Shown: piece after piece, positions 37,545-47,995 of the stretch
How positions within the stretch are numbered: position 1 is the first letter of the stretch
How the letters are laid out: the number at the start of each line of letters is the position of its first letter
Assembly: GCF_004010195.1 (NCBI RefSeq)
Contig: NC_057711.1
Span: 74,158,870-74,222,869, forward strand
Reading direction: 5' to 3'
Origin: Chiloscyllium plagiosum
Lineage: Eukaryota
Length of the DNA stretch: 64,000 bases
Notes under the pieces: generated by a model
Database searches by the model: none
What the model was told of the DNA's origin: nothing
What the model saw: only the letters and a program-made list of their open reading frames with translations
Translations under genes and position numbers: made by a program

Positions 37545-38430
37545 AGGTACAAAACTGCTGGAAAAACTCAGCAGGTCTGGCAGCATCTGTGCAGAGAAAT
37601 CAGAGTTAACATTTTGGGTCCAGTGACCCTTCCTCAGAACTGATGGTAACTAGGAAAATGTTGGGTTATATGCAGAAGATAGGGTAGGGGGAGGGGGTAT
37701 GTAATAAACGATAAGAATAGAGCCCAAAGAGAGAGAAGACAAAGGAGTGGATAACGATCTGGCTAGGAAAGTGAATAATTGTTATTGGAGACTGTAAGTG
37801 GCTAACCATGGATAGTGCGTAATGGCAGACTATGTGATAACAAGCTTAAAAATGTGTTGCTGGAAAAGCGCAGCAGGTCAGGCAGCATCAAAGGAACAGG
37901 AGAATCGACGTTTCGGGCATAAGCCATTCTTCAGGAATGAGGAGGGTGTGCCAAGCAGGCTAAGATAAAAGGTAGGGAGGAGCGCTGGGAATACCAACGT
38001 CCCTCCCCAAGTCCCTCCTCCCTACCTTTTATCTTAGCCTGCTGGACAAACTTTCCTCATTCCTGAAGAAGGGCTTATGCCCGAAACGTCGATTCCCCTG
38101 TTCCTTTGATGCTGCCTGACCTGCTGCGCTTTTCCGGCAACACATTTTTAAGCTCTGATTTCCAGCATCTGCAGTCCTCACTTTCTCCTATGTGATAACA
38201 AGGCCTGGTGTGTGGAGTTGGGGGCTAGGACATGGGAGAGTTCAGGCTCTAAAATTATTGAACTTGAAATTGAGTCTGGAGGGCGGCAGGGTCCCCAAGC
38301 GGAAAATAAGGTGTTGTTCTTACAGCTTGCACTGAGCTTCACTGGAAAACTGCAGCAAGCCTGATAGAGAGATGTTGGCCAGGGAACAGTGTGGTACCGT
38401 TAACGTGGCAGATGATTGGAAGCTCAGGTT
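37545..38430 (-). mobile_element. Older Neptune-type PLE 3' end, interrupted by a younger fold-back element
   Basis: The pLTR arm is at 37553-37640. The reverse strand near 38250-38340 reads AQCKL*EQHLIFRLGTLPPSRLNFKFNNF, similar to the 3095-3397 ORF. Confidence 0.7.
37845..38187. mobile_element. Young family-A fold-back element with two hammerhead cores
   Basis: The inverted arms are ~135 bp. The + core CTGAAGAaGGGCttatGCCCGAAACGTC lies at 38063-38090. The 15-bp TSD ctatgtgataacaag is at 37830-37844 and 38188-38202. Confidence 0.88.
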
Positions 38431-38804
38431 CTTCACAGAACATCTATATTCTGCTCACAAAAAAGACCCTTTCAGTCTTTATTTTTATTAGCTATGACCA
38501 GGTGATCAGATTTACATGAAGCTACAATGAGAAAATGAGCTCAAAATTCTCTTTAGAGATAATGTTTCTTTGACATGACTGTTAGACATGGAGAAGAAGA
38601 TGGGATGACCTCTGTGATATTTTCCCAGACAACCACATCTAGTAACTTTTAGTATTTGCCACGACTACCAATATGTGATAGTACACTGCCATTAGTCCAC
38701 TTTGGTCTTTGTTTTGTCTTGGGACTATCTGTTCTTAATGATAGAGGATGCACTGCTGTAACTACTTACAGAAGAGGCACAATTCTTAGATAATTGGAAG
38801 ATTC

Positions 38805-39832
38805 CTTTCCCTGTTATGGGAAGGATACTATTAAGCTGGAGAGGGTTCAGAAAAGATTTACCAGGATGTTGCCCAGAATGGAGGGTTTGAGTTATAAGAA
38901 AAGGCTGGATAGGCTGGGACTTTTTTCACTGGAAGGTAGGAAGTTGGGAGGTGACCTTACAGAGATTTATAAAATAATGAGGGGTATAAATGACGTGAAT
39001 GATAAGTGTCTCTTCCCTGGGGTGGAGGTTTTCAAGATTACAGGGCATATTTTAAGAAAATTCATTTAAAACATACATAAGGGCCAGTTTTTTCACAGAG
39101 AATGATTCGTGTGTTGAATGAACTTGCTGAGGAATTGGTGGATGCGGGTACAGAAACAACGTTTAAAAGACATTTAGATAAATACAGAGGAACCTCGATT
39201 GTCTGAATATCAGTTATCTGAATATCAGGTTATCCGAAGCAGGTCTCGAGGGCCCAATAGAAACATTACATCAAAGACGTGTTTCCAATACAGATCACAT
39301 CTTTTGTTTACAATGATTAAACAGGCACCGTCTCCAAATGACTTACCTCCTGTTTTCTCTCTCTCTCTCCCCACACTTTTCCTGGAGTTCTACAGAGTTT
39401 CAGTACCTGAAACTCCCCTTCCCCAGATGACCTGTCCAACATTGTCCTGTAAAGGGTAAAGGTGGAACCTGTCAAAACGTTGCAGTAAAAAGTTGTGTGT
39501 GTGGCTGTGACTGTGTGTGTGTGTGTGCACGCGCGCGCACGCATGCTATTTGGAGACTTACCCCACAAAGGCAGCAGCAATCTTGTTGTTGGTGCAGACT
39601 TAAAATGCTCTGAGCCCCAGAGGAAAGGCATTTAATCGATTAACCGAATAATCGATTATCTGAACAAAATAGTGACCGCCCATTTCGTTTGGATAATCGA
39701 GGTTTCTCTGTACATGAATAAGACATGTTTGGAAAGAAATGCAGGCAGGTGGGAATAGGTTAGTTTGGGAGAATGGTCAGCATGGACTAGTTGGACCAAA
39801 GGGTCTGTTTCCATGCTGTATGACTTTATAAC
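38805..39832 (+). mobile_element. CR1 LINE 3' fragment split by a MITE
   Basis: It translates KLERVQKRFTRMLPRMEGLSYKKRLDRLGLFSLE, and the 3' region resumes after 39712. Confidence 0.85.
39185..39710. mobile_element. Tc1/mariner-pogo (Tigger-like) MITE
   Basis: The TIRs are CAGAGGAACCTCGATTGTCTGAA and TTTGGATAATCGAGGTTTCTCTG. TA flanks both sides (39183-84 and 39711-12). It has subterminal ttatc(c/t)gaa repeats and an internal (GT)n. Confidence 0.85.
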
Positions 39833-39839
39833 TGAGTGT

Positions 39840-40597
39840 GAGTGATGTATTTTGAGAGGTCAAATGCAAGAGGAAAATATACAGTAAATGGCAAGACCCT
39901 TGACAGCATTGATGCATGGAGGGATCTTGTTATTCAGATCCATAGCTCACTGAAAGTATAAAACAAGTGGATAAGGTGGTAAAGAAGGTGTATGGCCTAT
40001 TTGTCTTCATCAGTCAGGGCATCAAATATAAAGGTTAGCAGGTCATGTTGCAACTGTGTAAAACTTTCATTAGACCACATTTGGAGTATTGTGTGCAGGT
40101 ATGGTCACTATACTATTGAAAGGATGTGGAGGTTTTGGAGAAGGTGCTTTACCAGGATATTGCCTGGATTGGAGTGTATTAACTATAAGGAGAGGTTAGA
40201 AAAACTTGGATTGTTTTCACTAGAGTTCGAGTGATGCCCTGATAGAGGTATATAAAATCATGAGAGGCATGGATTGAGTGGAAATGTCTTTTCCCCAAGG
40301 TGGAAATCTCAATTTCTATGGGGCATAGGCTTAAAGTGAGCGGGAAAACTTTAATGAGATGTGGAAGGAGAGTTGTTTTATACAGGGTGGTTGGTGCCTC
40401 ATAGGCGATGACAGGGGAGGTGGTAGATGCTGATACAATGGAAATGTTTAAGAGGCATTTAGACAGAAACATGAACAACTGAGGAATAGAAGGATATGGA
40501 CCTCGAGAAGGCAGATGGGATTAGTTTAGAATGGCATCATGGTCGGCACTGACATGGTGGGTCTTGGACTGGTTCCTGTGCTGTACTGCTCTATGAT
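39840..40597 (+). mobile_element. CR1 LINE 3' fragment
   Basis: It translates FTRILPGLECINYKERLEKLGLFSLE and has a CR1-type tail. Confidence 0.85.
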
Positions 40598-41145
40598 TTA
40601 AGAGGAGCTAGAGATTGAAAACAGAAAGTGAGGTGCTAGGTTGGAAATCGGTGTTTGTCTTGAAGGTGATGATGGGACGGATCTTACTTTCAATCAATCA
40701 CAAAAGCTCTTTCAAAACGAGCCTAATTGCCCCTTTCTGATACTTACTTTAATTTTATGTTTGCTGATATCAACAGTTGCCTCTTTCACAATAAGTTTCT
40801 TCAGTGAAATGTATCTTCTGACTTAATATCATTTAAGTACTGCTGCTTTTGGTCAGGCAAACTTAAATGGACCACAGAGAGCTGGTACAGATACACCTTA
40901 TCCCTCTAAAAGGTGGAGTAGCATACATGTCTACACTCAAAATGTACGTCTCATCAATAGAATGGGTGAAGACAATGTAATATGAACATTGACCCCCCTC
41001 AAAATCATTACCTTGTTCAAAAAGACCCTGACTTCGATTGACAGTCCACCTCATGGAAAAAAGACAATGAATTCTTCTTTGCACTCTGTCTGATAAGAGG
41101 GTTTGTCTGGACGAGTTTCCAGACATCCCTTTTAATGGCTTTTTA

Positions 41146-42297
41146 AGAACGGTGGTAAGGACAAGCCAGGGAACTATAGTCCACCACCAACGTCAGGCTC
41201 ACTGGTCAAGTTGTTGGAGGGAATCCTGAGGGACAGAATGTACATATATTTGAAAAGGCAAGGACTGATTAGAGATAGTCAACATGGCTTTGTGCGTGGG
41301 AAATCATGTCTCACAAACTTGATTGAGTTTTTTGAAGAAGTAATAAAGAGGATTGATGAGGGCGGAGCAGTAGATGTGATCTATATGGACTTCAGTAAGT
41401 CGTTCGACAAGGTTCCCCATGGGAAACTGATTAGCAAGGTTAGATCTCACAGAATAAAGGGAGAACTAGCCATTAGGATACAGAATTGGTTTCAAGGTAG
41501 AAGACAGAGGGTGGTGGTGGAGGGTTGTTTTTCAGACTGGAGGCCTGTGACCAGTGGAGTGCCACAAGGATCAGTGCTGAGTCCTCTACTTTTTGTCATT
41601 TGGATTTGGATGCGAGCATAAGAGATACAGTTAGTACATTTGCAGATGACACCAAAATGGGAGATGTAGTGGACAGCAAAGAAGGTTACCTCAGATTACA
41701 ACAGAATCTTGATCAGATGGGCCAGTGGGCTGAGAAGTGGCAGATGGAGTTTAATTCAGATAAATGCGAGGTGCTGCATTTTGGGAAAGCAAATCTTGTT
41801 GTGAAACTTGAAAGGGTTCAAAAAAGATTTACAAAGATGTTGCCAGGGTTGGAGGATTTGAGCTATAGGGAGAGGCTGAACAGGCTGGGGCTTTTTTCCC
41901 TGGAGCGTCGGAGGCTGAGAGGTGACCTTAGAGGTTTATAAAATCATGAAGGGCATGGATAGGGTAAATAGGCTGTCTTTTCCCTGGGATGGGGAAGTCC
42001 AGAACTAGAGGGCATTGGTTTATGGTGAGAGGGGAAAGATATAAAAGGGAACTAAGGAGCAACGTTTTCACGCAGAAGGTGGTACATGTATGGAATGAGC
42101 TGCCAGAGGAAGTGGTGGAGGCTGGTACAATTGGAACATTTAAAAGGCATTTGGATGGGTATATGAATAGGAAGGGTTTGGAGGGATATGGGCCGGGTGC
42201 TGACAGATGGGACTCGATTGGGTTGGGATATCTGGTCGGCATGGACGGGTTGGACCAAAGGGTCTGTTTCCATGCTGTAAATCTCTATGACTCTATG
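41146..42297 (+). mobile_element. CR1 LINE RT fragment with an internal deletion
   Basis: It reads GLIRDSQHGFVRGKSCLTNL, PQGSVL and FADDTK. The join LHFGKANL|VVKLERVQ is at about 41797, and the tail is ctatgactctatg. Confidence 0.92.
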
Positions 42298-43697
42298 GCT
42301 TTGGACATTAATCTCACTGAGACCCCAGAAAAGGCTGTGCTTTTGATGCTTTCAGACTCAGCTGAGCAGAAAGGGGTTATTTATCTGCAATAAATTCCTT
42401 TCAACTTCCTGAGGAGATAAACTTATAGAAAAACTTACTATTACATAGTATGCAACCTAAGGATTCTGTCTGCTGCCAGAGTAGAATTATTCCCCCATTA
42501 TGTGTTTCTACTGGTGAGTTATGTGCATGATAACTTCAGTCCAATTTTGTGTTAGGAATCCCATCATGTGGATCCATTTAAGGCCCACTGTACTAGAAAT
42601 GGTCTATCTGCAAGATTAAATGGTATTTGGAACAGAGAGCAGACAAAATATTTCTGTGGCAGTGTCAGGATGTAGAATTATTTTAAGTGTATTTCTGGAA
42701 TGTGGATATGACTGGCAAGTATTGTACTTACTGCCTATCAATCATACTTGATATGAGAGCACAGTCACACAAGTAAGAGCAATAGATTTCTTTCCCTCTG
42801 GAACATCAATGAATCAGTCAATGAAATGCATGAACAAAACATTGTTTTTAAAACAATTTGACTCCTTCATAACTATTTTTCTTATGTCATATTTTTAGTC
42901 CCACTTTTATTTTTAAAACTGATTCAAATTCTCAAATTGCAACAATTGGAGTGAAAGTCAACTCTCTGGGTTATTAGTCCAGTAAATCATTCGGTTGAAA
43001 TGTTATTTTAATCTTGGAGTTCTCCCTTCTGATATTTCTTTCCTGTGTGCTTCGAATGCGTAGTAAATTGTTACTGCTCAGTGCCGCTAGAGTGGAAATG
43101 TTGAGGAGTACTGAAGATGGTACAATTCCTAATTAATGTGTAAACTATTACAATACATTGTCCAACTTGGATCTAACTTTTGTGTGTGCCTTGCAGACTT
43201 CCATGTCATTACTACCACTGGGACATGCCACAAATGATGGAATGAAGCAGGGATCCTTCTGCATGGAATATCAAAACATTTCTCACTCCTATCTGCAGGA
43301 GTTATTAAAAGCTCACAGATCAGCCATGATTTCATTGAATAGTGGAACATGTTTACGATGCTACATGCACAATTCATGTTCCTGTACAGTGTATCATAGA
43401 ATCAAAGGATAAAGAAGAGGCCTTTCAGTCCATCAAATCTGTACTACTAAACATATACCAATACCTACACCAGCCCCATTTTCCAGCACAAGGTCCGTAG
43501 ACTTGAACGTTATAACACTTCAAGTGCTAAGTGTGGGAAGCTCAAGTTCGAGTGTAGGAAATTCGTTTGTTGTAACTTTGAACACAGGTTTAAAAGTTGA
43601 CAGCTAAGTTTTTTATTCAAAAACAGTGTTTGCTTATTACACTTTTTGCAGAATGCCTTCACTGTAAGACTTTGTTAATTGGCTCAAATAAGCAACA

Positions 43698-43932
43698 GAG
43701 TTGAGAGTGTGGTGCTGGAAAAGCTCACCATGTCAGGCAGCATCTGAGGAGCAGGAGAATTGAGATTTCAGGCAGAGGCCCTTCATCAGGAATGAAGCCT
43801 CATTTCTGATGAAGGGCTAATGCCCGAAAAACTGATTCTTCTGTTCCTCGGATGCTGCCTGACCTGTTGTGCTTTTCCAGCACCACACTCTTGACTCTGA
43901 TCTCCAGCATCTGTAGTCCTCACTTTCTCCCA
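43698..43932. mobile_element. Family-A fold-back element
   Basis: It has inverted arms, with the core CTGATGAaGGGCtaatGCCCGAAA starting at 43806. The 15-bp TSD ctcaaataagcaaca is at 43683-43697 and 43933-43947. Confidence 0.85.
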
Positions 43933-43973
43933 CTCAAATAAGCAACAAGTCAGAATTGGAGCTCAGAAAAATA

Positions 43974-44337
43974 CAGTAGCGCCTTGACATACGAATGACG
44001 CTGTTCACGTACAAATCGGTTTACGAACAAAATTGTACGTAAAATTTTGCTTCAACGTACGTACGAAATTCAAGGTACGAACAAAGGTATGAACGCAAAA
44101 AGCCCATTTGTGACCACGTGGTTTCATTGTTCTGCTTTGCTATGCGCTTGTTGAATGCAAAAGCTCTCGGGCTCGGCGTGATCTCATTCAGTTCGTCTTT
44201 GGCACGTGCGCTTTGAACAGCCGTCCAAGCATTCTTACGCTGTCTGAACAATGGGAAAAATTGATTCAGTTCGCGAACTGAAAAGTTCGCGAACCGGGTC
44301 CCGGAACGGATTAAGTTCGTAAGTCAAGGCGCTACTG
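43974..44337. mobile_element. Young CpG-rich Tc1/mariner-pogo MITE (364 bp)
   Basis: The 22-bp TIRs CAGTAGCGCCTTGAC(A/T)TACGAA have one mismatch. The TA TSD is at 43972-73 and 44338-39, and (t)acgaa/ttcg motifs repeat internally. Confidence 0.9.
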
Positions 44338-44732
44338 TATTCACATTATAAGATAAATTGACCTTTAACATTATATATTTTTTAAATTGCTTATGCTTCA
44401 GGCTATTTATAGTAGGTTGATTATTCTTATAAAAGCTTAGTAGTTTTGGTGGCAGTTTTCTGGCTGTTCTCTGTCCCAAGGTTTAACTTGGAATTAATCT
44501 TCAAAGTGTTGATTTAAAAATGTCACAAAGACCATGTGATAGCAAAAATATAAGAGCTGCAATAAGTGACAAACAAATCGTTGTGCTAGATCCAAAACTT
44601 GAATATATTTTAGATATTTCTTGTAAAATATAGATTATCATTGGGTGATGCCTCTAACACTGTATGAAATGTTTTTATAGATGATGATGATAACATGCTA
44701 ATATTTTCCTTATATCCTATTCTGTCTTGCAG

Positions 44733-44921
44733 GCCACTCATTACACATTTCTGGCAAGTTTTGAAGTCTTGGGGAAACTTACTTTCAGTGCCGTAGCTGG
44801 TTTACTTGTGGATAAGATGGGTTTTCCTTTTAGTTTTAGCATATTTGTTCTGCTATCATGTTTAGCTATTGTCCATGTATGTAAGCCACCAGATTTGCTA
44901 CCTGAGCAGAAAAGACAATAA
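44733..44921 (+). CDS. MFSD3: MFSD3 terminal coding exon
   Basis: The acceptor is ttcctatatcctattctgtcttgcAG|GCC. It translates ATHYTFLASFEVLGKLTFSAVAGLLVDKMGFPFSFSIFVLLSCLAIVHVCKPPDLLPEQKRQ*, matching the MFSD3/AmpG-like C-terminus (ATHYSLLATLELLGKL...). It joins in frame to the exon at 6069-6178. Confidence 0.92.
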   Translation, partial: ATHYTFLASFEVLGKLTFSAVAGLLVDKMGFPFSFSIFVLLSCLAIVHVCKPPDLLPEQKRQ

Positions 44922-45001
44922 AGTGCGAGTCATCTGCAATGTGATTAAAACTACCTGCATGTTGTCTCCTTGAGTAACTTTAACTGTGGTTTTATATTTT
45001 T
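44917..45001 (+). terminator. Candidate polyadenylation signals of MFSD3
   Basis: AATAAA at 44917-44922 overlaps the TAA stop, ATTAAA lies at 44944-44949, and a GT/T-rich tract (tgtggtttttatattttt) follows at about 44985-45001. Confidence 0.45.
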
Positions 45002-45034
45002 CAAAACTATGATAACAAAGTAAGGCTTCTAACA

Positions 45035-45200
45035 AGGAACTGTCAATGCTGGAAATCTGAAACAACAACCAAATTGCTGGAGAAACTGAGTGGCTCTGGC
45101 AGCATCTGGGGAGAGGAAACAGTGAATATTTTGAGTCCAGTGGAACTTCTTCAGATCATCTCAAAATGGGTCACTTCCCAGGTGCTGCCAGACCTGCAGA
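45035..45200. mobile_element. Old fold-back PLE remnant just 3' of the MFSD3 stop
   Basis: tgctggagaaactgagtggctctggcagcatctggg is inverted against cccaggtgctgccagacctgc. Confidence 0.5.
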
Positions 45201-45902
45201 AGACTTCTAACCTATCTAACAGCAGTGGAAACACAATAGGAGCTCAATCTCCTCCTTGATTCCCACCCATCATTGGCTTAACTGGTCCCTTTTAGTTATA
45301 GCAATAAAGATGCTACTTATTTGGACAGGAACATTATTAAATTCAGAAAAGTAGAATCCTGTGATGTTATTAGGAACCCAACCACATTTTAAAAGCTGAG
45401 AGAATTGGAAGGATGATGAGGTGCTTAAAACTTTCCTTCAAAGTGAATGAGGTAAGCATGAATCATCTGAGACCATGAAGAAAACTGAGGGTTTTACTAC
45501 CGCAAACACAGTCATAATTCATCATCATTCCTCCTGCACAAGGAAGCTAGTCTGAGGCTCATGACAGGCCTCAGGATCTCGCTGTTTTGATTGATCTAAA
45601 GTCAGCCTCTGCTACTGGCTACTGGGGTACAATCAAGGCCTGGTAGTCAAAATAGGCCAGGCTTCAACCCGATTATGTCAAGTAAATTTGTTCCCTGTGC
45701 TGTTCCACTTCCTCTTACTTAAAGTATGCCCTCCTCCAATGCCTAGTGAGTTACAGACAAAATAAAAGGCTGTATTTAAAGTGATATGCCAAAGACTGCA
45801 CACAAAGGCACTTATAGCAGATATCACACAACTATGGCAAGCCAACAAGTAAACTATGTACAATTTCATTTCTCCAAACATTCCCCTTTTCATAAAGTAT
45901 GA

Positions 45903-47995
45903 GAATTATGCAGCATGGAAGCAGACTGTTCGGTCCAGCTTTTCCAACCAGATATCCTAAACTGATCTAGGTCTATTTGCCAGTATTTGGCCCATATGCC
46001 TCGAAATATTCCCTATTCATGTACCAATCCAGATGTCTTTTAAATGTTACAATTGTTCCCGTTTCCATCTCCTCTGACAGCTTGTTCCATATATGTACCA
46101 CCCCCTGCGTGAAAAGGTTGCCCTCTGGTCCCATTTAAATCTTTCCCGTCTCACCTTAAACCTATGCCCTCTAGTTTTGGACTCATGTTATCCTGGGAAA
46201 AAGACCTTGTCTATTTACCCTATCCATGCCCCTTATGATTTTATAAACCTCTGTAAGGTCACCCCTCAGCTTCCAATGCTCCAGGGAAAAAAAAAGCTCC
46301 AGCTTATTCAACTTCTCCCTATTGTTCAAACCCTCCAATCCTGGCAACATTCTTATAAATCTTTTCGGACTCTCTTCAAATTTAACATATTTCCTATTAG
46401 CAGGCAAACGAGAATTGAACACAATATTCTAAAAGTGGCCTAATGTCCTGTACAGCTGCAACATGACCTCCCTACTCCTATACCCAATACACTGACCAAT
46501 GAAGGCAAGCGTACCAAATGACTTTTTCACCACCCTGTCTACCTATGACATCACTTTCAAGGAACTATGCACCTGTACCCCAGATCTCTATATTCGGTAT
46601 CACACCCAAGGACCCTACCATTAATTGTATAAGCCCTGCCCTGATTTGCCTTTCCAAAATGCAACACCTCACATTTATTTAAATTAAGTTCCATCTGCCA
46701 CTCCTTGGCACAATGGTCCATCTGATGATGATCCCATTGTATTCTGAAATAGCAATCTTCACTGTCCACTACACCTCCAATTTTTGTATCATGTGCAAAC
46801 CTACTAACTATATTTCCTTTATTCACATCCAAATCATTTATATAAATGATAAAAGCAGTGGACACAGCACCGATCCTTGTGGCACACCATTGGTCACAGG
46901 CCGAAAAGCAACCCCATTATCGCCACCCTTTGTCTCCTCCCTTCAAACAATTTCGTATCTACTTGACTGGGTCCCCCAGATTCCATGTGATCTAACCTTG
47001 CTGACTTGTCTACCACGCGGAACCTTGTTGACTGCCTTGCTGAAGTCCTTATAGACAACATCTACCACTCTACCTTCATTAATCTTCTTTGTCAACTCTT
47101 CAAAAAACTCAATCAGTTTAGTGAAACACAGTTTCCCATGCATAAAGCCATGTTGACTATCCCTAATCAGTTCTTGACTTTCCAAATGCATGTAAATCCA
47201 GTCTGTCAAAATCTCCTCCAACAACTTACCCACCACTGACATCAGACTCACCACTCTATAGTTCCCTTGCTTTTCCGTGCCATCTAAATAATGGCACCAC
47301 ATTAGCTACCTTCCAGTCTTCTGGCACCTCACCCATGGCTATCACTGATAAAAATGTCTTGAGGGGTCCAGCAATCACTTGCCTAGCTCCCCACAAAGTT
47401 CTGGAGTACTCCTGATCAGGTCCCAGGGAGTTTTCTACCTTCATGCGTTGTAAGACCTGTTGCTGCTCTCTTCTGTAATATAGACACTTTTCAGGACATC
47501 ACTATTTATTTCCTCAAGCTGTTAACCTTCCATATCCTTCTCCACAGTAAGTACTGATACGAAATAATATTGTATCTCACTCATCCTCTTGTTGCTCTTT
47601 CATGGGTCCTATTCTGTCCCTAGTTATTCTTTTGCTCTTAATATACTGGTTGAATCTCTTTAGATTCTCCTTTACCCAATCTGCCAAAGCTATCTTATGT
47701 CCCCTTTGTGACCTCCTGATTTCCCTCTTAAGTATACTCCTACTGTTCTTATACACCTCCAGGGATTTACTCAATCCCAGCTGTGTACATCTGACATATG
47801 CCTCCTTCTTTTTCTTGACCAGAGCATCAATTTTTCTAGTCATCCAGAATTTCTTACACCTACCAGCTCTGCTCTTCATGCTAACAGGAACATCCTGTCT
47901 CTGAACTTTCATTATCTCATTTTGAAGGTTTCCCACTTTCCAACAGTCTTTTTACCCACATACAGCCTCCCACAATCAACCTCTGAAAGTTCCTG
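45903..47995 (-). mobile_element. CR1 LINE, decayed ORF2
   Basis: Minus ORF pieces read GEVPEDWKVANVVPLF, SQHGFMHGKLCFTKLIEFF, FAHDTKIGG and RMLPGLEGL. Confidence 0.9.
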
